This document shows, one piece after another, positions 16,213 through 24,656 of a stretch of DNA of 26,997 bases (position 1 is its first letter; every line of letters begins with the position of its first letter). Both the position numbers and the translations under genes were made by a program. A model generated the notes under the pieces. It was not told the DNA's origin. It saw only the letters and a list, made by a program, of their open reading frames with translations, and did no database searches. The DNA comes from a virus (taxonomy: Duplodnaviria; Caudoviricetes), in IMG/VR virus record IMGVR_UViG_3300036985_001589, positions 1 to 26,997 of that record; one strand, given 5' to 3'.

Positions 16213-16779
16213 ATGCATAATGAAAAAACAAATGTAGGCGACACCTGCTCAGCTACTGTAGATAGAGGCGCAAGTCATGAAGAAGAAATAAGTTTACACG
16301 GAACTTATGAAGCAGTATGTCATGACAGATTTGGTGATATTAAATGGGTCGATGTTATTGGTAACTTAGTAACTACTGTTGGTAAGAACTTTACTATGGA
16401 CACCGTGCTAGGCAATGTCGCTGGTGGTGCTGTAGTAATGGGCCTTAAAGGTACAGGTACAGCTGTTGTAGCGGATACGCAAGCATCACATGCCTCTTGG
16501 TTAGAAGTAGGACTTGCTAACTTACCTACTTATTCAGGTACTCGTAAAACGCCTGTGTTTAGTGCTGCAGCCGCAGGGGTTAAATCTACTTCTACTCCGG
16601 TTGTGTTTACAATGACAGGTTCAGGTACTGTCGCTGGGTGTTTTATTAACATTGGTGGTTCAGCTACTCAAGACGATACTACAGGTGTGTTATTCTCAGC
16701 TGGTGACTTTACTGCAGGGTCTAAAATTGTAACGTCAGGCGATACTCTTTCTGTAACGTATAGCGCAACCGCAGCTTAA
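16213..16779 (+). CDS. Virion tail structural protein
   Basis: NLVTTVGK, GVLFSAGDF and GDTLSVTY motifs; AAGGA RBS. Confidence 0.7.
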   Translation: MHNEKTNVGDTCSATVDRGASHEEEISLHGTYEAVCHDRFGDIKWVDVIGNLVTTVGKNFTMDTVLGNVAGGAVVMGLKGTGTAVVADTQASHASWLEVGLANLPTYSGTRKTPVFSAAAAGVKSTSTPVVFTMTGSGTVAGCFINIGGSATQDDTTGVLFSAGDFTAGSKIVTSGDTLSVTYSATAA

Positions 16780-16788
16780 GGACTACTC

Positions 16789-17286
16789 ATGGCACTCGTA
16801 GTCTATGACCGGGTTAAGGAGACAACTGCCGTTGTCGGCACAGGTACAGCAACTCTGCTTGGTGCTGCATTAGGCTTCCAATCATTTGCAGTAATAGGTA
16901 ACGGTAATACCACTTACTATTGTATTTCTGACCAAGGTGGCGCTAACTGGGAAGTAGGTTTAGGCACATATACGTTAAGTGGAACAACCCTTGCTCGTAC
17001 AACAGTCTTATCATCCTCTAACGCTGGTGCATTAGTCTCATTTACGTCAGGCACTAAGGACGTATTTGTAACGTATCCATCTGAGCGATCTGTACACCAA
17101 GACCAAACCTTAACGGCTTATGTGCCTCAAGTTGCAGCTTCAAACGGTTTAGTGTTAAACAACGGCACAGTCTCAACTTCTTACACAATACCTACTGGAT
17201 ATAACGCTACAGCAACCGGACCAATGACTGTGTCGAGTGGCGTAGTGGTTTCGATACCTTCAGGCTCAAGATGGATGATCTTATAG
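16789..17286 (+). CDS. Tail fibre proximal/adaptor protein
   Basis: MALVVYDRVKET, WEVGLGTY and KDVFVTYP motifs; C-terminal YTIP-NA-GP-IPSGSRW segment. Confidence 0.68.
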   Translation: MALVVYDRVKETTAVVGTGTATLLGAALGFQSFAVIGNGNTTYYCISDQGGANWEVGLGTYTLSGTTLARTTVLSSSNAGALVSFTSGTKDVFVTYPSERSVHQDQTLTAYVPQVAASNGLVLNNGTVSTSYTIPTGYNATATGPMTVSSGVVVSIPSGSRWMIL

Positions 17287-17287
17287 T

Positions 17288-18004
17288 ATGGCTACAATAA
17301 TTTCCAGCAAAACGTCAGGGGTCGGTGGTTTAACTGTAACAGGTGATGCTTCAGGTGTTCTACAACTAGCTAGTGCAGACGGCACAACCGCTGTAACTAT
17401 AGATGCCTCGCAAAACGTGGGGATTGGGACGAGTAGTCCATCAGCTAAATTAGCTGTATCTGGTGATTTGAAAGTTAATGGAGCGACAGCAGTCGCGCTC
17501 GCTAATTCTATGTGTGTTGACTTTTCCAGTGGGGGGAGGTTGCTATCTTATGGGACAAATACGTCAACTTACAACCCAATCTTATTTTCTCAGGTAACGT
17601 CTGACGGTAACTATTATACAGAACGCATGTGCATCGACTCCTCCGGTAATTTGCTATTCAATTCTGGTTACGGTTCTGCGGCTACTGCATACGGGTGCAG
17701 AGCATGGGTGAACTTCAATGGTACTGGTACTGTAGCTATTCGTGCAAGCGGTAACGTGTCGAGTATTACTGATAATGGTACTGGTCATTATACAGTTAAT
17801 TTTACTACTGCTATGCCTGATGCTAATTTTACAACTATTGTAACTGCTTCACTTAGTACGTTAGCGGCTGGGGCTACAACTATGACGGGCGGTTTATCTG
17901 GGGCAAGTTTAACTTCTAAATCTACAACATTTACACGAGTGTGGACTAAACAAACAGCGACTTTAGGCAACCCCGACTATATTGATGTTGTAATCTGCCG
18001 TTAA
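17288..18004 (+). CDS. Tail fibre protein 1
   Basis: NVGIGTSSP and ERMCIDSSGN fibre repeats; C-terminal RAWVNF...IRASGNVSSITD domain. Confidence 0.8.
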   Translation: MATIISSKTSGVGGLTVTGDASGVLQLASADGTTAVTIDASQNVGIGTSSPSAKLAVSGDLKVNGATAVALANSMCVDFSSGGRLLSYGTNTSTYNPILFSQVTSDGNYYTERMCIDSSGNLLFNSGYGSAATAYGCRAWVNFNGTGTVAIRASGNVSSITDNGTGHYTVNFTTAMPDANFTTIVTASLSTLAAGATTMTGGLSGASLTSKSTTFTRVWTKQTATLGNPDYIDVVICR

Positions 18005-18016
18005 TAGGATACCAAA

Positions 18017-18187
18017 ATGCAAAGAATAATCTACAAAACAGAAGATGGCGGTGTTGCAGTTATAGTACCAGCGGACACCATTGAAGCATGTATAAAAGAC
18101 ATTCCAGACGGAGCTGAATACGAAATTGTTGATACTGACACTATTCCTTCAGATCGTACTTTTAGAGGAGCATGGACATGGGCATAA
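18017..18187 (+). CDS. 56-aa fibre chaperone-like protein (…IPSDRTFRGAW)
   Basis: Read by hand; AGGA RBS; directly follows fibre 1. Confidence 0.75.
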   Translation: MQRIIYKTEDGGVAVIVPADTIEACIKDIPDGAEYEIVDTDTIPSDRTFRGAWTWA

Positions 18188-18420
18188 GTATTAACTTCCA
18201 AAAAGCACAAGAAATAACTAAAGATCGCCTAAGAACAGAACGTACACCATTGCTTCAAGCTTTAGACGTAGCTCAACTTAGGAATCTAGCTGACCCTGTA
18301 GCTTTAGCTGATATTGAAGCTAAGAAACAAGTGCTACGAGATGCTACTAAACAAGTTGACAGCTTGACAACTCTTGATGAACTTAAAGCAACTCAACTGC
18401 CTGTCTTGGAGAATAACTAA
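18178..18420 (+). CDS. Tail fibre assembly chaperone-like protein
   Basis: R-ER-PLL-LD and KQVLRD motifs; GAGGAG RBS spacing favours ATG 18178 over 18172. Confidence 0.72.
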   Translation: MGISINFQKAQEITKDRLRTERTPLLQALDVAQLRNLADPVALADIEAKKQVLRDATKQVDSLTTLDELKATQLPVLENN

Positions 18421-19469
18421 TGGCGATTGTCTTAGATGGCACAGCAGGCATCACAACTCCCACCACTGGCAGCACAGCGGAACACGTTACCTCTGTCACA
18501 GGCTTCAAGAACAGAATCATCAACGGAGGGATGGTTATAGACCAGCGTAATGCTGGGGCTGAAGTAAATCCTGCTGTTACTCAAACATATTATCTTGATA
18601 GATGGGTAGCGGGATCTACTGTTGCATCAAAATTTAAAATTGGTCAGAATGCTGGTGCGGTAACTCCTCCAACAGGTTACACAAGCTACCTTGGGTTAAC
18701 TTCACTTTCAGCATATACGGTTGGAGCGGCAGAATCATATCAAGTTAGACAGCTTATTGAGGGTTTAAATGTTTCTGATTTGGCTTGGGGTACGGCATCT
18801 GCGGCAACAGTAACTGTATCTTTTTATGTGCGTAGTTCATTAACCGGAACTTTTGGCGGGTCACTAAGAAATAGTGATGGCAGTAGGTCAAACCCATTCA
18901 CATACACAATTTCTGTAGCAAACACATGGGAGCAGAAGACTGTAACAATGGCTGGAGATACATCTGGAACTTGGCTTACAACCAACGGAACTGGTATAAT
19001 TTTAACTTTTAGTATTGGCACGGGCGCAACCCTTTCTGGACCTGCTAGTGCATGGGCTGCTGCAAACTATCTTTCTGCCACAGGCGCAACATCAGTAGTC
19101 GGAACTAACGGTGCAACATTCTACATCACAGGTGTCCAACTTGAAAAAGGCTCAGTAGCAACATCATTTGACCAACGTGCTTATTCACAAGAATTATCGA
19201 TGTGTCAGCGGTATTATTTTGAAAGAACTTTATCTGCTGTAGGTTTTCTTTCCTCTGGATCAGGTCAAATTTTATATCAATCAATTAACTCTCCAGTAAC
19301 TATGAGAGTTGCACCGACTTCTTACCCTATATCTGGCGCAAGTAATACTAATTGCACAATAGCAACTGCTGCTTCATCTACGACAGATATTCGTATTGAT
19401 GTTTCTTCTACTGCATCTGGTCAAAACTATTCTTTAGGTGGCGTTATTAAAGCGTCTGCGGAGTTATAA
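18420..19469 (+). CDS. Tail fibre protein 2 with carbohydrate-binding-like jelly-roll domain
   Basis: FKNRIINGGM-IDQR, LDRW, ITGVQLEKG-AT-F, ELSMCQRYY and MRVAP motifs. Confidence 0.8.
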   Translation: MAIVLDGTAGITTPTTGSTAEHVTSVTGFKNRIINGGMVIDQRNAGAEVNPAVTQTYYLDRWVAGSTVASKFKIGQNAGAVTPPTGYTSYLGLTSLSAYTVGAAESYQVRQLIEGLNVSDLAWGTASAATVTVSFYVRSSLTGTFGGSLRNSDGSRSNPFTYTISVANTWEQKTVTMAGDTSGTWLTTNGTGIILTFSIGTGATLSGPASAWAAANYLSATGATSVVGTNGATFYITGVQLEKGSVATSFDQRAYSQELSMCQRYYFERTLSAVGFLSSGSGQILYQSINSPVTMRVAPTSYPISGASNTNCTIATAASSTTDIRIDVSSTASGQNYSLGGVIKASAEL

Positions 19470-19472
19470 GAC

Positions 19473-19706
19473 ATGTACAAACTAACTAACAACACATCAA
19501 TAATCCGCATAGAAGATAACGCTTGTATCCCTAACGATCCAGCTAACACAGACTATGCACAATACCTTATCTGGCTATCCGAAGGCAACACCCCAACCCC
19601 TGCTGACCCAATCCCTGAGCCAGTAGAACTAACCCCACAAGAAAAGCTGGCAAGTGCTGGTCTGACAGTGGATGAACTTAAAGTATTATTGGGGATAGCA
19701 GTATGA
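19473..19706 (+). CDS. Fibre chaperone-like protein
   Basis: [21 protein letters not shown] and [14 protein letters not shown] motifs; follows fibre 2. Confidence 0.7.
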   Translation: MYKLTNNTSIIRIEDNACIPNDPANTDYAQYLIWLSEGNTPTPADPIPEPVELTPQEKLASAGLTVDELKVLLGIAV

Positions 19707-20275
19707 GCAGTATAGTAGTCGCAGGAGATACGAGCGGTTCGGTAACACTCCAAGCACCAGCGGTAGCAGGGAGTACGGTCTTAACTTTGCCAGCGGTGAG
19801 TGGTACGGTATTAACAAGCACAAGCCCACAGTCTAGTTTTCCACCTAATATTGCAGGAAATGGCCCAGCGTTTAGTGCTTATGCAAACGCAACAACATCT
19901 ATATCAAGTACAACATGGACAAAACTTTCAATTAATGTAATAACTTTTGATACTAATTCAAACTATAACACTACTCTATATAGATTCCTTCCTACAGTTG
20001 CTGGGTATTATCAAATTAATGGTATGGCTCAACTTAATTCAACAACTATAGCTTACGGAATTGCGCTTTGGAAAAATGGAAGCCAAATATCCCAAGCGGC
20101 AGGAGTGGGTGTTTCAGGGCTAAATGGAACAGCAAATACATCCGCAGTTGTTTCTTTAAATGGCTCTACAGACTATGTAGAATTATATATGTATCAAACT
20201 AGTGGTGGAACATTAACTGCGGCAGGTAATTCTGGTGTAACAGGTTTATCAGGTGCAATGATAAGGAGCGCATAA
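19703..20275 (+). CDS. Tail fibre protein 3 with C1q/TNF-like head
   Basis: [17 protein letters not shown]-terminus; [20 protein letters not shown] and [10 protein letters not shown] motifs. Confidence 0.78.
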   Translation: MSSIVVAGDTSGSVTLQAPAVAGSTVLTLPAVSGTVLTSTSPQSSFPPNIAGNGPAFSAYANATTSISSTTWTKLSINVITFDTNSNYNTTLYRFLPTVAGYYQINGMAQLNSTTIAYGIALWKNGSQISQAAGVGVSGLNGTANTSAVVSLNGSTDYVELYMYQTSGGTLTAAGNSGVTGLSGAMIRSA

Positions 20276-20276
20276 C

Positions 20277-20438
20277 ATGAACTTATACGAAAAAATAATG
20301 GCACTTTACCCTGAGCTAACTCAAGAAGACTTCATGACAACCATTCATCTACAGAATGATTCTGATGGGAATGGCGATTATATAAAAGAGTGGAATCATG
20401 AGCTTCCTAAACCCACTGATGAGCAGTTGCTAGGCTGA
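20277..20438 (+). CDS. 53-aa XkdW-like fibre chaperone
   Basis: Read by hand; AAGGAG RBS; LYPEL, LQNDSDGNGDYIKEWN and PKPTDEQL motifs. Confidence 0.78.
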   Translation: MNLYEKIMALYPELTQEDFMTTIHLQNDSDGNGDYIKEWNHELPKPTDEQLLG

Positions 20439-21103
20439 TGTACGGTATATCTGCCTTCGCTCAGTCGCCTTACGCTTCTTTAGGAGGCGCGTTTTACGGC
20501 GTTATTGTAAACGAGACTGAAACCTTAACAGATACCCAAACAGCGATTGCGGCGTTCTTAGCAGCGCAAACTGACACCCAAACTCTAACAGATGCTCAAA
20601 CAGGGCTTGCTGCGTTCTTAGTTGCGCAAGATCAAACCCAAACTTTAACAGATAGTAGCAGTGCAGTACAAAACTTTCCTGTAACTGAAAGCGCCAGTGC
20701 TGTAACACTAAGTGCACTAGAAGATGTGATCGCAGGGTTTGTAGGTGCACAAGCTAATACTATAACCTTAACGGATGACCAAGTTGGTGGGTTCCAGTAC
20801 ATAGTAGACATTGTTGAGCCTCAGACATTAACAGATACAAACGTTTCACAGTTTGCTTTTTTAGGTGTAACTTCCGATGTGTTAGTGATAACAACCATTG
20901 ATGCAGTATTAGCGCAATTTAATGTAGTAAATATAGATAGCTTAGTTACATTGTCTGACTTTCAATATGCACGAGGGTGGTTTAAAATAAATGACAACCA
21001 AACAGTTACATGGGCTGCAGTTAACAATAACCAAACCCAGTCTTGGACTCCAGTAAATGATAACCAAAACCCTAACTGGGTAGAAATAAATGATAACCAA
21101 TAG
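20438..21103 (+). CDS. Repeat-containing tail protein
   Basis: MYGISAFAQSPYASL start, about eight ~20-aa TLTD repeats, four 11-aa WxxxN(D/N)NQ repeats. Confidence 0.78.
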   Translation: MYGISAFAQSPYASLGGAFYGVIVNETETLTDTQTAIAAFLAAQTDTQTLTDAQTGLAAFLVAQDQTQTLTDSSSAVQNFPVTESASAVTLSALEDVIAGFVGAQANTITLTDDQVGGFQYIVDIVEPQTLTDTNVSQFAFLGVTSDVLVITTIDAVLAQFNVVNIDSLVTLSDFQYARGWFKINDNQTVTWAAVNNNQTQSWTPVNDNQNPNWVEINDNQ

Positions 21104-21119
21104 TATAGAAGGCGTATAG

Positions 21120-21281
21120 ATGAAAATAGAATGGTCTGAAGCCTCTACTAAACGAGGTATTATATGGGTTGCAACTGCTGTAATAGGAAGTGTATTTGTA
21201 TTTATGGGTAAGCCTGTAGATCAACTTTTACTGCTTGCTGGCGGTGTTGCTGGTGGACTTGGCGTAATACTAAAAGATTAA
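21120..21281 (+). CDS. Putative holin (53 aa, two hydrophobic segments)
   Basis: Read by hand: MKIEWSEASTKRGIIWVATAVIGSVFVFMGKPVDQLLLLAGGVAGGLGVILKD; directly before the spanins. Confidence 0.7.
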   Translation: MKIEWSEASTKRGIIWVATAVIGSVFVFMGKPVDQLLLLAGGVAGGLGVILKD

Positions 21282-21282
21282 C

Positions 21283-21759
21283 ATGCCTTACTTATTCGTT
21301 GGGATTATTATTGCAAGTTTTGCCTCTGGGTACGGGTTTGCGTATAAAGTATCCAGAACAGAAATTAGAGAAATGTCAGAGAGTATATCTGATATGAACC
21401 GAGAAGCTGACATACAACTAGCGACTCTTACTGAAGAAGCGGACAAGGCACATACAGAAGCCCTTAAGCTTAATAAAGAACTGGAGGACGCTAATGTCTC
21501 AGCAATCAATGCAATTAATAGTCAGCACGATAGTTTTAAGTCTGTGCGCATGTACGACAACAGCAGGAAAAGTAGTAGTTGCACCGCAACACAAGGTGAT
21601 AATACCAGCTCCACTGCTGGAGCCAATGAAGATAGACACGAACTTTCAGACGAGCTTACAAACTTTCTCAAGTCTGAAGCATATAGAGCAGACCAAATAG
21701 CACAGTATGCTATACTATGTCAAAAATTTGTAACTGGCTTAAACAATTTAAATAATTAA
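21283..21759 (+). CDS. Rz: Inner-membrane spanin (Rz-like)
   Basis: N-terminal TM helix, periplasmic coiled coil, C-terminal ADQ...LCQ; contains an embedded lipoprotein gene. Confidence 0.82.
   Translation: MPYLFVGIIIASFASGYGFAYKVSRTEIREMSESISDMNREADIQLATLTEEADKAHTEALKLNKELEDANVSAINAINSQHDSFKSVRMYDNSRKSSSCTATQGDNTSSTAGANEDRHELSDELTNFLKSEAYRADQIAQYAILCQKFVTGLNNLNN
21494..21700 (+). CDS. Rz1: Outer-membrane lipoprotein spanin (Rz1-like), embedded in the +1 frame
   Basis: GGAGG RBS at 21483-87; hydrophobic signal ending in lipobox LCAC; Pro-rich mature part. Confidence 0.78.
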   Translation: MSQQSMQLIVSTIVLSLCACTTTAGKVVVAPQHKVIIPAPLLEPMKIDTNFQTSLQTFSSLKHIEQTK

Positions 21760-21771
21760 AGGACCACCACG

Positions 21772-24117
21772 ATGCCAAGTACCTACTCTCCCTCATTACG
21801 TCTAGAATTAATTGGTTCTGGAGAACAGTCTGGTACTTGGGGTACCACTACTAATAATAACTTAGGAACTCTTTTAGAGCAGTCTATTGCAGGTGTTCAA
21901 CCTATAACAATGACGAATGTTGACTATACACTTACTAATTATAATGGTGTATCTGATGACGCTAGACAAGCTGTTTTAGTTGTAAGTGGAACAAATACAG
22001 CTATTAAATCTATCATAGCCCCTGCAGCAAAGAAAGTTTATATTATAAGAAATATCACTACTGGTGGATTTCCTATCACTATTAGAACATCTACAGCAAC
22101 ATCTGGAACGGCTATTTTTACTGGGGATATTAGCACATCCGGTATATTAACTGTTACAGCAGTATCTAGTGGTACTATTTATGTAGGAATGACAATAGTA
22201 GGTACAGGTGTAGGAAGTGGTGTTTATATAAGTGCTTTAGGAAGTGGAGTAGGTGGTACAGGCACATACGTTACAACTCAAACAACAGCTGTTGCATCTA
22301 CAAGTATTACAGGTACTGGGTATCCAACAGTGGCTATTCCTAATGGTATAACTTATACACTATACTGTGATGGCACTATTTTTAATATTGCATCTTATGT
22401 ACCTCCAGTGGCAGCGGCAGTTGTAACTTCATTTAATACTCTAACAGGTGCTGTTACAGGGGTTGGGGCAATTATATCAGGTAAAGGTATTACTACTAGC
22501 TCTGCTGCGGGGGCGCCTACTATTACTAATAATGGAGTAACTTCATTTAACGGGCAAATTGGGGATGTAATACCCACCTCTAAAGATATAACTAATATAC
22601 TAGGTTATATCCCTCCAACACCAACAGGTGTAGGCGCTTCTGGTAATTGGCCTATAAATGCAGCTACAGCAACCGCGTTAACTACAACTACGGGAGTTGC
22701 TCCAGTATTTGGAAATAGAGCATGGGTTAACTATACATCAACTGCTTCTGCAGACGTTACAGGAGGAACATTTACACAGTCACTATTTGCTTGTACAGCA
22801 ACAGTACCATTTTCACTAATTAGTGGATCGTATGTTCAGTCAAGTTTACCTAAAATAGGGACTTACTCTCAGGCAGCTTTACCTTTAACTGGCACAACCT
22901 ATAGCCAAAGCAGTGTCCCTATAACAACAAGCACTTACACCCAAAGTGAGTATATTGTATCTGTTACAGCATTAGCTTCTCATGGGTTAGCTGTAGGCCA
23001 ACAACTTTCGGTAACAGCTATTAATAGTGGAGGAGCTACAGGAACAACATACACGGTTGGTACAATAATTAGCCCTACTCAATTTACTTATGTGGCTTCT
23101 AATTCACAAACAGTTACATCAGGGGGTACTATTACATATGTCGTTGCTGGAACTTTAGTAACCGTAACAGTAAGTTCTACAGCTGGAATAGCTGTTTCTG
23201 ACTTAGTTATAGCGACGGTTTTAACTGGAAGTGGTGTAACTACTCCCGATAGTTTGCCAGCAACAGTAGCCACAGTTCCAACAGGTACTACATTTACATA
23301 TACAGCACTTACGTCATTACTTACTAGTGGTACCATGAGTATTAAAGTAAAAGGTACAACAGTATCTGTTTATTCTGTTGCGCATGGGTTTACTAACGGG
23401 GCTTCTATTTATGTATCTCCAATTAGTTCACCGGGAGTTGTTGGTGCGTATACTCTAACTTATGTAGATGCTGATAATTATACTTACGTTGCTGGGACAT
23501 CTTTACTAATAACATCCGGGACACTTACTACTGTGGGCAGTGGCACTGTAATTACGGTTACAGCAACTGCGCATAACTTGGTTATAGGTCAGACCGCATT
23601 TATGGATATCACTGCTGGAGCAGCTGTTGATGGAAACTATACAGTTACTTCTGTAGCTGATGCTAATACTTTTACATATACAGCAGGTGTATCAGCATTA
23701 ATATCATCTGGGGGTGCTATATCTTTTACAAACAGTGGTATGCAAGTAGGTCAAGGTATTAATACTACGGGAACAAATTTAGTTCAAGGTACATTATATA
23801 CAGTGACTAGTGTGACTTCACCAACTGTATTTACTTTTAATAGCGGTACTTCGCATACCACAGGCGCTGCAGCTATAGTTTTAAAACGTTTATCTATACG
23901 AGCTCAAGGGAACGTAGCTTTTGTTAGTGACTCAGCTAGCACGACCTCTACTGTTAATTTTAAAGCACCTATGGTTGATGCAAATTACTGTGTAAATGCG
24001 TTATCTTCTGATGTTGCTGCTGTATATACATCTATAGTAACTGTACCTACAACCATACGGGTAAGTATAGTTGCAGCAGCTGCTTCAACATTTATTTATG
24101 CATCTATAGTCCGTTAA
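21772..24117 (+). CDS. Long tail fibre/spike with nested beta-domain repeats
   Basis: MPSTYSPSLRLEL-GEQSGTWG N-terminus, VTSFNG fibre repeats, five HG-x-G...FTY modules, split RAWVN/IRAQGNV domain. Confidence 0.82.
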   Translation: MPSTYSPSLRLELIGSGEQSGTWGTTTNNNLGTLLEQSIAGVQPITMTNVDYTLTNYNGVSDDARQAVLVVSGTNTAIKSIIAPAAKKVYIIRNITTGGFPITIRTSTATSGTAIFTGDISTSGILTVTAVSSGTIYVGMTIVGTGVGSGVYISALGSGVGGTGTYVTTQTTAVASTSITGTGYPTVAIPNGITYTLYCDGTIFNIASYVPPVAAAVVTSFNTLTGAVTGVGAIISGKGITTSSAAGAPTITNNGVTSFNGQIGDVIPTSKDITNILGYIPPTPTGVGASGNWPINAATATALTTTTGVAPVFGNRAWVNYTSTASADVTGGTFTQSLFACTATVPFSLISGSYVQSSLPKIGTYSQAALPLTGTTYSQSSVPITTSTYTQSEYIVSVTALASHGLAVGQQLSVTAINSGGATGTTYTVGTIISPTQFTYVASNSQTVTSGGTITYVVAGTLVTVTVSSTAGIAVSDLVIATVLTGSGVTTPDSLPATVATVPTGTTFTYTALTSLLTSGTMSIKVKGTTVSVYSVAHGFTNGASIYVSPISSPGVVGAYTLTYVDADNYTYVAGTSLLITSGTLTTVGSGTVITVTATAHNLVIGQTAFMDITAGAAVDGNYTVTSVADANTFTYTAGVSALISSGGAISFTNSGMQVGQGINTTGTNLVQGTLYTVTSVTSPTVFTFNSGTSHTTGAAAIVLKRLSIRAQGNVAFVSDSASTTSTVNFKAPMVDANYCVNALSSDVAAVYTSIVTVPTTIRVSIVAAAASTFIYASIVR

Positions 24118-24653
24118 TGGAAACTAATTTTAAATCATCTTTAGACCATATCCTTAAAAGTGAAGGTGGCTTTCAAGATGACCCTAGAGACAATGGGAAT
24201 AAGCTCCCTGACGGTAGAAAAGGCTGTACTAATCTAGGCGTAACGCAAGCGGTATGGGAAGCGTATGTAGGGCATAAGGTTAGCACTGCAGATATGAAAG
24301 CACTAACTCCTGATAAGGTTGCACCATTTTATAAACGTAGATATTGGGATGCTGTACATGGAGATGATTTACCCAGTGGCGTTGACTATCTCGCTTTTGA
24401 TTTTGCTATCAATGCAGGGGCCGGACGCTCTATAAAGACACTACAAACAGTGGTAGGTGTACCCGCTGATGGGGCTATCGGTCCTAAAACACTTACAGCA
24501 GTAAAAGCTATAGATTCAAAAGAACTTATTAATAAGTACACAAACGCTAAAGAAGTATTTTATAGAGCCCTTCCTTCCTTTAATATATACGGTAAAGGTT
24601 GGTTAGCGCGTACTAGTGCTGTAGATACAGCAGCTAAAACATTAATAGGATAG
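24117..24653 (+). CDS. Endolysin, glycoside hydrolase family 108 with C-terminal PG-binding domain
   Basis: SEGG-DDPRD-G, TNLGVT, YWD, LPSGVDY-FDFAINAG, DGAIGPKT and GKGWLAR motifs. Confidence 0.92.
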   Translation: METNFKSSLDHILKSEGGFQDDPRDNGNKLPDGRKGCTNLGVTQAVWEAYVGHKVSTADMKALTPDKVAPFYKRRYWDAVHGDDLPSGVDYLAFDFAINAGAGRSIKTLQTVVGVPADGAIGPKTLTAVKAIDSKELINKYTNAKEVFYRALPSFNIYGKGWLARTSAVDTAAKTLIG

Positions 24654-24656
24654 ACT

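Noticed and set aside
3876-20750. Alternative-frame + strand ORFs at 3876, 5897, 8594 and 20502
   Set aside because: Nested in strong genes with no motif or convincing RBS, unlike the Rz1-like ORF at 21494.
1619-23336. Minus-strand ORFs of 60-97 aa listed in the track
   Set aside because: All are antisense shadows of well-supported + strand genes, with no recognisable motifs.
17288-24117. Diversity-generating retroelement acting on fibre genes
   Set aside because: No reverse transcriptase and no template/variable repeat pair differing at adenines was seen.
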